From Rubrobacteraceae bacterium (GTDB lineage Bacteria; Actinomycetota; Rubrobacteria; Rubrobacterales; Rubrobacteraceae): a DNA stretch of 25,640 bases. Where the stretch lies: assembly GCA_036258875.1 (NCBI GenBank), contig DATACV010000280.1, forward strand, positions 1 through 25,640. The letters run 5' to 3'. This document shows positions 16,388 to 25,640 of the stretch, piece after piece. Position numbers and translations under genes: made by a program. The notes under the pieces are model-generated. The model ran no database searches and had not been told where the DNA came from. It saw nothing but the letters and a program-made list of their open reading frames with translations. Each line of letters opens with the position of its first letter. The first letter of the stretch is position 1.

Positions 16388-17497
16388 TTGAGGGGCCGCA
16401 GACGAACTCTGTTGGCCGCGGCGAACGCCGTCGAGCAGCGCTTCGACCGGCTCCGGTTCACGGCGAAACGACGGTTCGGGTTGCTTGACCCGTTCGAGAT
16501 CCTGCCATACCGTGGCCACGGCACAGCGCGCGAGCTCTTCCTGAAGGGCCGCGTGCTGGAGGAGCGGGGTATCACGCGCTCGGGCCAGCACGACACGCCC
16601 TGGGACAACCTGCGCAACATGGCCCGCCGGTTCGCGAGCGACGAGGTCTCGCGCGCGCGGGTTCGGGCCGTCTTCGGGGACGAGCGGCTGGAGACGGTCG
16701 CGGACGAGGAGGGATTCTTCGAGGTCAGCCTCAAGCTTCCGGAGCCGATCAAGGGCCCGACGAGGTGGCATCCGGTAGAGCTCGAGCTGCTGCACCCCCT
16801 TTCGCCAGGTGGTGGTCGGGTGCACTCAACCGGGCAGGTCCTGGTGCCCACGGGCGCGGACTTCGGCGTCATAAGCGACATCGACGACACGGTGGTCCGC
16901 TCGAGCGCGACGAACGCCCTGAAGATGGCCTGGATCGTCCTTCTCAACAACGCCCACACGCGCCTACCCTTCGAGGGCGTTAACGTCTTCTACGAGGCCC
17001 TGCGGCGCGGCTCGGAAGGCAGGGCACACAACCCCATCTTCTACGTCTCGAGCAGCCCGTGGAACATCTACGATGTGCTGGAAGACTTCCTGAACGTGCA
17101 CGGCGTACCCGCGGGGCCGCTGTTCTTGAAGGACTGGAGCCCCTCCGTGCTCGGCAAACACAGGACCCACAAGCTGGGGATCATCCGCACCCTCCTGCGC
17201 ACCTACCCGGAGCTACCCTTCATCCTCATAGGCGACTCGGGGGAGGAGGACCCGGAGATCTACCTCCAGACCGTACGCGAGCACCCGGGCCGCATACCCG
17301 CCATCTATATCCGGGACGTCACGACCGCCAGGCGCGACGCCGAGGTGCATGCCATCGCCAGGGTGTCGCGCTCCCTCGGAACAGAGATGTCCCTCGTCGC
17401 CGACACCGCCGCCGCGGCCGAACACGCCGCGGCAAACGGGTTCATAGAGCCCGAGGCGGTGGCGCGGATACGCCTCGCGAGCTCCGCAACCTCCTGA
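16388..17497 (+). CDS. App1/DUF2183 family phosphatidate phosphatase (HAD-like)
   Basis: 369 aa. VISDIDDTV (DxDxT), FYVSSSPWN, FILIGDSGEEDPEIY, IYIRDV, with an N-terminal DEEGFF beta domain. Confidence 0.88.
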   Translation: MRGRRRTLLAAANAVEQRFDRLRFTAKRRFGLLDPFEILPYRGHGTARELFLKGRVLEERGITRSGQHDTPWDNLRNMARRFASDEVSRARVRAVFGDERLETVADEEGFFEVSLKLPEPIKGPTRWHPVELELLHPLSPGGGRVHSTGQVLVPTGADFGVISDIDDTVVRSSATNALKMAWIVLLNNAHTRLPFEGVNVFYEALRRGSEGRAHNPIFYVSSSPWNIYDVLEDFLNVHGVPAGPLFLKDWSPSVLGKHRTHKLGIIRTLLRTYPELPFILIGDSGEEDPEIYLQTVREHPGRIPAIYIRDVTTARRDAEVHAIARVSRSLGTEMSLVADTAAAAEHAAANGFIEPEAVARIRLASSATS

Positions 17498-17550
17498 GCG
17501 TGCCGGGCGAACGCGCCCTCCAGTGAGATGTGCGGTAAGATGCAAGGAAA

Positions 17551-17569
17551 GTTAAATCCACGTTAAATC
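17551..17569 (+). promoter_or_regulatory. 11-bp-period direct repeat, candidate winged-helix regulator site
   Basis: GTTAAATC at 17551 and again at 17562, between candidate -10 TAAGAT (17536-17541) and the AGGAG SD. Confidence 0.5.
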
Positions 17570-17587
17570 GGCTTAGGAGCGGCGGAG

Positions 17588-18064
17588 ATGACGGGGTACG
17601 TGGAACAGGGAAAAGAACAGACCGATGAGGACCGCGGGGCGCGGGAGGTCGTCGAGCTCTTGCAGGAGCTGCGGATCGTTTTGCCCGGGGTTCAGGTGCT
17701 CTTCGCGTTCCTGCTCACGGTCCCCTTCGCCGCGCGCTTCGCCGAGCTGACCGATGTGCAGCGCTACGTGTTCTTCGCCACCCTGCTGTGCACGGCCGCG
17801 GCGACGGCGCTGCTGATAGCCCCGACGGCTCAACACCGGTTGCTCTTCCGCCAGGGCGCGAGGGAGCACCGGATCAGGACTGGCAACGTACTGACCATCC
17901 TGGGGTTGGCCTTCCTGGTGCCGGCGATGGTCGGCGTGGTCTACGTGATCACCGACCTGATGTTCGGCTTCGCAGGGGCCGTCGCGGTCACCGCCGTCAT
18001 GGCCGCCTCGTTCGCGGGCCTCTGGTTCGGCCTCCCGCTCCTTTACCGCAAGAACGGGGGCTAG
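17588..18064 (+). CDS. DUF6328-like small integral membrane protein
   Basis: 158 aa. [39 protein letters not shown], four hydrophobic helices. AGGAG SD. Confidence 0.8.
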   Translation: MTGYVEQGKEQTDEDRGAREVVELLQELRIVLPGVQVLFAFLLTVPFAARFAELTDVQRYVFFATLLCTAAATALLIAPTAQHRLLFRQGAREHRIRTGNVLTILGLAFLVPAMVGVVYVITDLMFGFAGAVAVTAVMAASFAGLWFGLPLLYRKNGG

Positions 18065-19767
18065 AGCCGTTCGTCGACGCCCGGGGCGAGACCGGGGTCC
18101 GTTACTGCGCCCTCGGAGGCTGAGGAGACGAGGGCCGCGTACTTCGCCATGACCCCCGTGGAGTAGCGGGGCTCGGGCTCCCTCCATTCCCGCAAGCGGG
18201 CCTCCAGCTCCCCGGCGGGGAGCTCGACCGAGAGGGTCCTGTTCTCGACGTCGAAGGTGACGGTGTCCCCGTCGCGCAGCGCCGCAATGGGGCCGCCGTG
18301 CGCCGCCTCTGGGGCGACGTGGCCCGCCATTAGGCCGCGGGTCGCGCCGGAGAAGCGGCCGTCGGTCAGGAGGGCCACGGTCTCGCCGAGGTCCTGCCCG
18401 ACGAGGGCGGCTGTCACCCCGAGCATCTCGCGCATCCCGGGCCCGCCGCGCGGGCCCTCGTAGCGGATCACGACGACGTCGCCCTCGACGATGCGGCCCG
18501 CCTGCACGGCCTCCATCGCCTCTTCCTCAGTGTCGAAGACGCGCGCCGGGCCCGTGTGCTCGAGCCGGGTGTAGCCCGCGACCTTCACGACGCAGCCATC
18601 TGGGGCCAGGTTGCCCTTCAGGATGACGAGGCCTCCCGAGTCGCGCAGCGGCCTGTTGGCGGGCGAGATCACGTCCTGCCCCTCGTCCTCCTCGGCGTTC
18701 TCGACCTCCTCCGCTACGGTCCTGCCCGTCATGGTCCGCTGGCCGCCGTCTATGAGGCCCGCCTCCACGAGCCGGCGCCCCAGCAGCGGCGCGCCGCCAG
18801 CGCGGTCCATGTCCACGGCGACGTAGCGGCCCCCGGGCTTCAGGTCCGCGATAATCGGGGTCCGCGAGCTCACCCTGTCGAAGTCGTCGATGTCGAGGGG
18901 GATGTTGGCCTCACGGGCGAGGGCGAGGAGGTGAAGCACGGCGTTGGTGGAGCCGCCGGTCGCCGCGACGGCGGCTATGGCGTTCTCGAAGGAGGCGCGG
19001 GTGACTACGTCCAACGGCTTCAGGCCCTGGTCGAGGAGCTGCATGACGAGCCGGCCGGCGTCGGCTGCGACGCCGTCCTTGCGCGGGTCGTTGGCCGGCG
19101 GGTCCGCCGATCCCATGGGGGAGAGGCCGAGGAACTGGAGCGCGAGCGCCATCGTGTTCGCCGTGTACTGGCCGCCGCAGGCGCCGGCGCCGGGGCAGGC
19201 ATGGTCCTCCATCTCCTTGAAGTCCCCTTCGCTCATCTTGCCCACCGCGCGGGCGCCTATGGCCTCGTAGACGTCCTGGATGGTGACGTCGCGGTTGTGG
19301 AAGCGGCCCGGGGCTATGGAGCCGCCGTAGACGACGACGCCGGGGACGTTCAGGCGCAGGAGCGCCATCGCGCCCGCGGGGATCGTCTTGTCGCACCCGA
19401 CGATAACTACGAGAGCGTCGAACATGTGGCCGCGCCCGACGAGCTCGATGGAGTCGGCGATCACCTCTCGGCTTATGAGGGAGGTCTTCATCCCCTCGGT
19501 CCCCATCGTGACGCCGTCGGAGATGGAGACGGTGTTGAGCTCCATCGGGGTCCCGCCGGCCTCCCTGACGCCCTCCTTGACGCGCTCGGCGAGGCGCCGC
19601 TGGTTGAAGTTGCAGGGCATCGTCTCGATCCAGGTGTGCGCGACCCCGACTATGGGCTTGGCGAGGTCGTCGTCGCCGAAGCCGATGGCCTTGAGCATGG
19701 CCCGGGCCCCCGCCCTGTCGCGCCCCTCGAGTATGGCCCGGCTCTTGTGTCGGGTGTCGGTCTGCAT
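18061..19767 (-). CDS. ilvD: Dihydroxy-acid dehydratase
   Basis: 568 aa. [75 protein letters not shown]. Confidence 0.97.
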   Translation of the reverse strand: MQTDTRHKSRAILEGRDRAGARAMLKAIGFGDDDLAKPIVGVAHTWIETMPCNFNQRRLAERVKEGVREAGGTPMELNTVSISDGVTMGTEGMKTSLISREVIADSIELVGRGHMFDALVVIVGCDKTIPAGAMALLRLNVPGVVVYGGSIAPGRFHNRDVTIQDVYEAIGARAVGKMSEGDFKEMEDHACPGAGACGGQYTANTMALALQFLGLSPMGSADPPANDPRKDGVAADAGRLVMQLLDQGLKPLDVVTRASFENAIAAVAATGGSTNAVLHLLALAREANIPLDIDDFDRVSSRTPIIADLKPGGRYVAVDMDRAGGAPLLGRRLVEAGLIDGGQRTMTGRTVAEEVENAEEDEGQDVISPANRPLRDSGGLVILKGNLAPDGCVVKVAGYTRLEHTGPARVFDTEEEAMEAVQAGRIVEGDVVVIRYEGPRGGPGMREMLGVTAALVGQDLGETVALLTDGRFSGATRGLMAGHVAPEAAHGGPIAALRDGDTVTFDVENRTLSVELPAGELEARLREWREPEPRYSTGVMAKYAALVSSASEGAVTDPGLAPGVDERL

Positions 19768-19808
19768 GGCTTGTCTCCGTCCTAGAAGGTTCGCTGCAAC
19801 GCCGCCTG

Positions 19809-19814
19809 AGTATA
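19809..19814 (-). promoter_or_regulatory. Candidate -10 (TATACT) for ilvD
   Basis: TATACT on the minus strand about 40 nt upstream of the ATG, with a GGAG SD in between. Confidence 0.5.
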
Positions 19815-19892
19815 GAGAGCGGCGCGATGACTCGCCAGCAGTTGTCTAGAGAAGTTTGCGAGCTGGGCGCACCTATCGCGGGGCGAACATTT

Positions 19893-19984
19893 TGGGTTCT
19901 AAGGCTTTGAGGTACTAAGGCTTCTAGGGGGTAGGGGAATCGTTCCGCCAAGCACCCCTAAGAACCTAAGAGCCTAGAAACCTC
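19893..19984. repeat. Inverted arrays of octamer units flanking a short GTAG-hairpin core
   Basis: Left arm TTCTAAGG CTTTGAGG TACTAAGG CTTCTAGG GG. Right arm CC CCTAAGAA CCTAAGAG CCTAGAAA CCTC. Core GTAGG-GGAA-TCG-TTCC. Confidence 0.7.
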
Positions 19985-20018
19985 TTCTCTCGAAGCTCGT
20001 ACATTCCGCAAGCCGCAT

Positions 20019-20024
20019 TAGAAT
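20019..20024 (+). promoter_or_regulatory. -10 box (TAGAAT), leaderless EamA gene
   Basis: 6 nt before GTG 20031, with no SD. Confidence 0.65.
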
Positions 20025-20030
20025 AGCCGG

Positions 20031-20909
20031 GTGAAAGGCTCAGGGTTCGACACGAGGGTGGTAGCGGCGCTCGTGGTCACGGTCGTCTTCTGGGCGTCGT
20101 CGTACGCGAGCATCCGGGTGGGGCTGGAGGAATACGGGCCGGGACAGGTCGCGCTCTTCCGCCTGGGCGCGGCGTCAGTGGTGCTGGCTGTGTACGCCGC
20201 CCTTACGCGGATGCGGATGCCGGATCTCCGGGACCTCCCGGCCATCGCGGGGCTGGGGTTTCTCGCCTTCGCCTTCTACCACGCGGCGCTCAACTACGGC
20301 GAGTTGACGGTTGCCTCCGGCCCGGCGGGCGTGCTCATCGCTACAGCACCCGTGATCACCGCGCTGCTGGCGGTCCTATTCCTCGGGGAGAGTCTCAGGG
20401 CGCTCGGGTGGGCCGGCATGGGCCTGAGCTTCGTCGGGGCGGCCGTGATCTCGCTCGACGAAGGCCGCGGGTTCTCTTTCGACGGCGGGGCGGTCTCTAT
20501 CCTGCTCGCCGCCCTGTGCGTAAGCGTGTACTTCGTGCTCCAGAAGCCATTTTTGCGGAAGTACGGGGCCCTGGCGTTCACCACCTACGCGATCTGGGCC
20601 GGCACCGTCTTCTCCCTCGTCTTTCTCCCGGGGCTCCTCGCGCAGGCCGGCGAGGCGAGCGTCCCGACGACGCTCACGCTGGTCTACCTCGGCGTCTTCC
20701 CGACGGCGGTGGGGTACGTCACCTACGCCTACGCCTTCTCGCGCATGCCCGCCTCGCGGGCGGCGAGTTTCCTCTACGTCATCCCGGTGATGGCGTACGT
20801 CATCGCGTGGCTGTGGCTCGGCGAGGTCCCGACCTTGCTCTCCGTCGTCGGCGGCGTCTTGACGCTAGCGGGCGTGGCGCTCGTCAACGTGCGCGGGCGT
20901 CGGCGGTAG
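20031..20909 (+). CDS. EamA/DMT family transporter
   Basis: 292 aa, about 10 transmembrane helices in two repeats. FWASSY, ALFRL, LIATAPV, YLGVFPTAVGY, LGEVPT. Confidence 0.93.
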   Translation: MKGSGFDTRVVAALVVTVVFWASSYASIRVGLEEYGPGQVALFRLGAASVVLAVYAALTRMRMPDLRDLPAIAGLGFLAFAFYHAALNYGELTVASGPAGVLIATAPVITALLAVLFLGESLRALGWAGMGLSFVGAAVISLDEGRGFSFDGGAVSILLAALCVSVYFVLQKPFLRKYGALAFTTYAIWAGTVFSLVFLPGLLAQAGEASVPTTLTLVYLGVFPTAVGYVTYAYAFSRMPASRAASFLYVIPVMAYVIAWLWLGEVPTLLSVVGGVLTLAGVALVNVRGRRR

Positions 20910-20949
20910 AATCAACGGCGCAGTAAGGGTGAGACGAGAGGTTGAGGGC

Positions 20950-21456
20950 ATGGAGACCGAGAAGCACGCACAGCACGTGGTAAACCCGAACACCCGCATC
21001 GGGCACGTCCACCTGAAGGTGGCGAACATCGAGCGGGCGCTGTGGTTCTACAGGGATATCCTCGGGTTCGAGGTCACGCAGTGGTACGGCGACGAGGCGG
21101 TGTTCCTCTCCGCCGGTGGCTACCACCACCACATCGGGCTGAACACCTGGATGAGCAAGAACGCCTCTCCGGCGCCACGCAACGCGGCGGGGCTCTTCCA
21201 CCTCGCCATCCTCTACCCCGAGCGCCGCGACCTCGCGCGGGCCCTCCGCTGGCTCCTCGACTCCGGGTATCCTCTCGACGGCGCCTCGGATCACGGCGTC
21301 TCCGAGGCCCTGTATCTGCGCGACCCCGACGGCAACGGGGTCGAGCTCTACAGGGACCGTCCCGAGGAACAGTGGCCGCGCGACGACGAGGGCGAGCTCG
21401 CGATGGTGACCCGGCCGCTAGACGTGGAGGGCCTTCTCGCGGAGCTGGATCGCTAG
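20950..21456 (+). CDS. VOC (glyoxalase/CatE-like extradiol dioxygenase) family protein, single module
   Basis: 168 aa from ATG 20950 (GAGGG SD). IGHVHLKV, GGYHHHIGLNTW, GLFHLAIL, DHGVSEALYLRDPDGNGVELY. A TAGAAT -10 overlaps the upstream stop (20907-20912). Confidence 0.9.
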   Translation: METEKHAQHVVNPNTRIGHVHLKVANIERALWFYRDILGFEVTQWYGDEAVFLSAGGYHHHIGLNTWMSKNASPAPRNAAGLFHLAILYPERRDLARALRWLLDSGYPLDGASDHGVSEALYLRDPDGNGVELYRDRPEEQWPRDDEGELAMVTRPLDVEGLLAELDR

Positions 21457-21504
21457 GGACCATCTCTTGCGAGACCCGTAGTAGTTGCGGGCCTCCGCGC
21501 CGCG

Positions 21505-21510
21505 CATAAT
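21505..21510 (+). promoter_or_regulatory. Candidate -10 (CATAAT), leaderless GT39 gene
   Basis: 6 nt before ATG 21517, with no SD. Confidence 0.55.
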
Positions 21511-21516
21511 TCGTAC

Positions 21517-23076
21517 ATGAGCGAGTCGGAGAGCGAACGGCAGGATCGCCCGTGGGCTCCTATCGGGGCAACCGCGGTCCTGCTCTACCTCGGTCTCTTC
21601 AAGCTCCTGCTCCACCTTTTCACCGCGGACAACTACGGCTACTTCCGCGACGAGCTCTACTACGTCGCCGCGGGGGAGCGCCTGGACCTCGGCTACGTGG
21701 ACTTCCCGCCCCTCGTGGCGTTCGTCGCCGCCCTCACGCGCGCACTCTTCGGCGACTCGCTCCTCGCGCTTCACGTCTTCCCCGCGCTGGCAGGCGCCGT
21801 CGTGGTCGTGCTGGCCGGGCTCATCGCCCGGGAGCTCGGCGGCGGCCGGTTCGCGCAGGGCCTCGCCGCCCTCGCGACCCTCATACCGCCGACCATCCTC
21901 GTCTTCGGGACCTGGCTCTCGATGGACGCCTTCGACCAGCTCTTCTGGGTGCTCGGGACCTACATACTGGTCCTGATTTTCAAGCGGGACCAGCCGCGTC
22001 TCTGGCTAGTGTTCGGCCTCGTCGCCGGCCTCGGCCTCCTGACCAAGCTCACCATGCTCTACCTCGGCCTCGCCGTCTTCGTCGCCCTCTTGCTCACGCG
22101 CTCCCGGAGGCACCTGCTAACGCCGTGGCCGTGGCTCGGGGGAGGGGTCTCCCTTCTCTTCCTGCTCCCTTATATCCTCTGGCAGGTCTCGCACGGCTGG
22201 CCAACCGTCGAGTTCTGGGCCAACTACGGGGAGAAGATAGACGAAGCCTCCCCGCTCGAGTTCCTCCTCGAGCAGATAGTGACGATGCAGCCGCCGACGC
22301 TGCCGCTCTGGCTCGCGGGTCTCTACTTCTACCTGTTCTCGAGGGAGGGCGGGCCGTACAGGGCGCTCGGCTGGATCTTCGTCATCCTCCTTGCCCTGTT
22401 CATGGTGCAGAACGCCCGCTTCTACTTCCTCGCCCCGGCCTACCCTATGCTCTTCGCGGCCGGCGCGGTCGTCTTCGAACGCTTCCTCGCGCGGCGCGGC
22501 TGGCGCTGGCCTAAGCCAGCCTACGTCGCGGTGCTGGTCATCTCAGGGATCGTAGTCGCCCCGATCACGGTTCTGCCGGTCCTCCCCGTGCAGACGCTGG
22601 CGAATATCACCGGCGCAGCCGGCGGGGACGCCGGCGTCGAGGTCGAGACCCGGGAGGTCGGCCAGCTCCCCCAGAACTTCGCCGACCGCTTCGGCTGGGA
22701 GAACATGGTCAAGACCGTTGACCGGGTGTACGAAAGTTTGCCCGCGCAGGAGAGAGAAAGGGCGTGCATCCTCACCGGCAACTACGGGGAGGCGGGGGCC
22801 GTAGACTTCTTCGGCCCGAAATACGGGCTGCCAGAGGCGATAAGCGGCCACAACAGCTACTCCATCTGGGGACCCGGAGACTGTACCGGCGAGGTAGTCA
22901 TAAGCGTCGGCGTCCCCGCCGAGACCTTGCGCCAGGTCTTCGGCGAGGTCGAGCGGGCCGAGACGGTCAGGTGCCGCTACTGCATGCCAGACGAGGACGA
23001 CCTGCCCGTCTACGTCTGCCGGGACCCGAAGATGCCCTTCGAGGAGGCGTGGCCGCGCTTCGAGCACTACGATTAG
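21517..23076 (+). CDS. GT-C membrane glycosyltransferase (GT39/PMT_2, ArnT-like)
   Basis: 519 aa. YFRDELYY, GYVDFPPL, SMDAFDQLFW, GLGLLTK, many transmembrane helices, extracellular C-terminal domain (NYGEAGA, SGHNSY). Confidence 0.88.
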   Translation: MSESESERQDRPWAPIGATAVLLYLGLFKLLLHLFTADNYGYFRDELYYVAAGERLDLGYVDFPPLVAFVAALTRALFGDSLLALHVFPALAGAVVVVLAGLIARELGGGRFAQGLAALATLIPPTILVFGTWLSMDAFDQLFWVLGTYILVLIFKRDQPRLWLVFGLVAGLGLLTKLTMLYLGLAVFVALLLTRSRRHLLTPWPWLGGGVSLLFLLPYILWQVSHGWPTVEFWANYGEKIDEASPLEFLLEQIVTMQPPTLPLWLAGLYFYLFSREGGPYRALGWIFVILLALFMVQNARFYFLAPAYPMLFAAGAVVFERFLARRGWRWPKPAYVAVLVISGIVVAPITVLPVLPVQTLANITGAAGGDAGVEVETREVGQLPQNFADRFGWENMVKTVDRVYESLPAQERERACILTGNYGEAGAVDFFGPKYGLPEAISGHNSYSIWGPGDCTGEVVISVGVPAETLRQVFGEVERAETVRCRYCMPDEDDLPVYVCRDPKMPFEEAWPRFEHYD

Positions 23077-23086
23077 TCCTGGCCCG

Positions 23087-23114
23087 AAAAAGGGGCAGCG
23101 CAAACGCCGCTCCT
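23087..23114 (-). terminator. Intrinsic terminator oriented on the minus strand
   Basis: Minus strand reads AGGAGCGGCG-TTTG-CGCTGCCCCT-TTTT. No minus-strand gene lies upstream of it. Confidence 0.65.
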
Positions 23115-23245
23115 CGTTGTGCACCTGGTGTGGTCATCTCTGTGAGAGCAGATGGCGATGAATGGTGGGTGCACCGCTCTGTGATCGGGGTGTCGCGTGG
23201 CTGTCGAGAAGAACGGTTCAGGATATTTTGGACATCACAGGACCC
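23087..23245 (-). ncRNA. Candidate ~160-nt structured small RNA (orientation not certain)
   Basis: Minus-strand TATTGT (23257-23252) gives a predicted start near 23245, then three consecutive hairpins ending in the U-tailed terminator. No credible CDS. Confidence 0.35.
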
Positions 23246-23250
23246 GCCCA

Positions 23251-23256
23251 TACAAT
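23251..23256 (+). promoter_or_regulatory. -10 box (TACAAT), leaderless DUF2905-queA-tgt operon
   Basis: 6 nt before GTG 23263. Overlaps an opposite-strand TATTGT. Confidence 0.65.
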
Positions 23257-23262
23257 ATCGTC

Positions 23263-23481
23263 GTGAGCCTGGAAGGCATAGGCAAGATCTTTATCGGTGG
23301 CGCAGTCGTGTTGCTGGCGCTCGGCGCGCTCTTCCTCCTGCTCGGCCGCCTCGGGCTGGACCGGCTACCCGGCGATCTCGTCTTCAGGCGGGGGAACGTC
23401 ACGGTGTACTTCCCGATAGGGCTCATGATCCTGCTCTCGATAGTAGGCACGGTCCTCCTGAGCCTCTTCTTCCGGCGCTAG
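23263..23481 (+). CDS. DUF2905 family small membrane protein
   Basis: 72 aa from GTG 23263. IGKIFI, LGLDRLPGDLVFRRGNVTVYFPI, ILLSIVGTVLLSLF. Standard position just upstream of queA. Confidence 0.9.
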   Translation: MSLEGIGKIFIGGAVVLLALGALFLLLGRLGLDRLPGDLVFRRGNVTVYFPIGLMILLSIVGTVLLSLFFRR

Positions 23482-23484
23482 CCC

Positions 23485-25592
<2,108 letters not shown>

Positions 25593-25595
25593 CTG

Positions 25596-25614
25596 CCAGG
25601 CATCAGGTTTCAGG
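25596..25614. repeat. Tandem heptamer array, inverted copy of 9194-9217
   Basis: CCAGG CATCAGG TTTCAGG just after the tgt stop. CAGGCATCAGGTTTCAGG matches the reverse complement of the 9194 array at 17 of 18 positions. Confidence 0.6.
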
Positions 25615-25640
25615 TAATTTTCTGATACGTGAAGCCTCCG

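Noticed and set aside
19893-19984. CRISPR array or IS end
   Set aside because: Units are 8 bp with no unique spacers, and there are no cas or transposase genes in the window.
23087-23245. Assignment of the intergenic element as 6S RNA, T-box, TPP, glycine or preQ1 riboswitch
   Set aside because: Only partial motif echoes. There is no 3' GGTTCA partner for CCTGAACC on the same strand (6S). GGGTGCACCGC lacks T-box spacing and antiterminator context. CTGAGA and CCTGAT are missing (TPP). No preQ1 AGAGGTTCTAG-like aptamer or A-rich tail.
23197-23262. Longer N-terminus for DUF2905 from GTG 23197
   Set aside because: The extension is not family-like and contains the -10 box. GTG 23263 fits the leaderless spacing.

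Overview
A GC-rich chromosomal window, most likely from a Rubrobacter-like actinobacterium. That assignment is inferred from gene content, frequent ATA codons and a secreted nonapeptide-repeat protein, not proven. It opens with the 3' end of an rRNA operon (23S, 5S). Next come a GH2 glycosidase, a UgtP/MGDG-type glycosyltransferase coupled to a membrane-anchored polysaccharide deacetylase, and a divergent membrane-embedded metallophosphoesterase. These are followed by a cysteine-free DksA/TraR protein and an operon of site-2 protease, ArsA/Get3-like ATPase with HSP20-like tail, and two small proteins. The rest is the housekeeping string pdxS-pdxT-yebC // ruvC-ruvA-ruvB // DUF2905-queA-tgt, interrupted by two blocks of accessory genes. 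No tRNA, CRISPR array, transposase, integrase or phage gene is recognisable. The best leads are an orphan structured intergenic element with its own -10 and terminator (23087-23245), a small Sm/Hfq-fold-like protein, the Get3-like operon, a candidate glycolipid module, repeated TAnnnT-N6-start leaderless promoters, a probable ATA start for tgt, and several short REP-like or tandem repeats.
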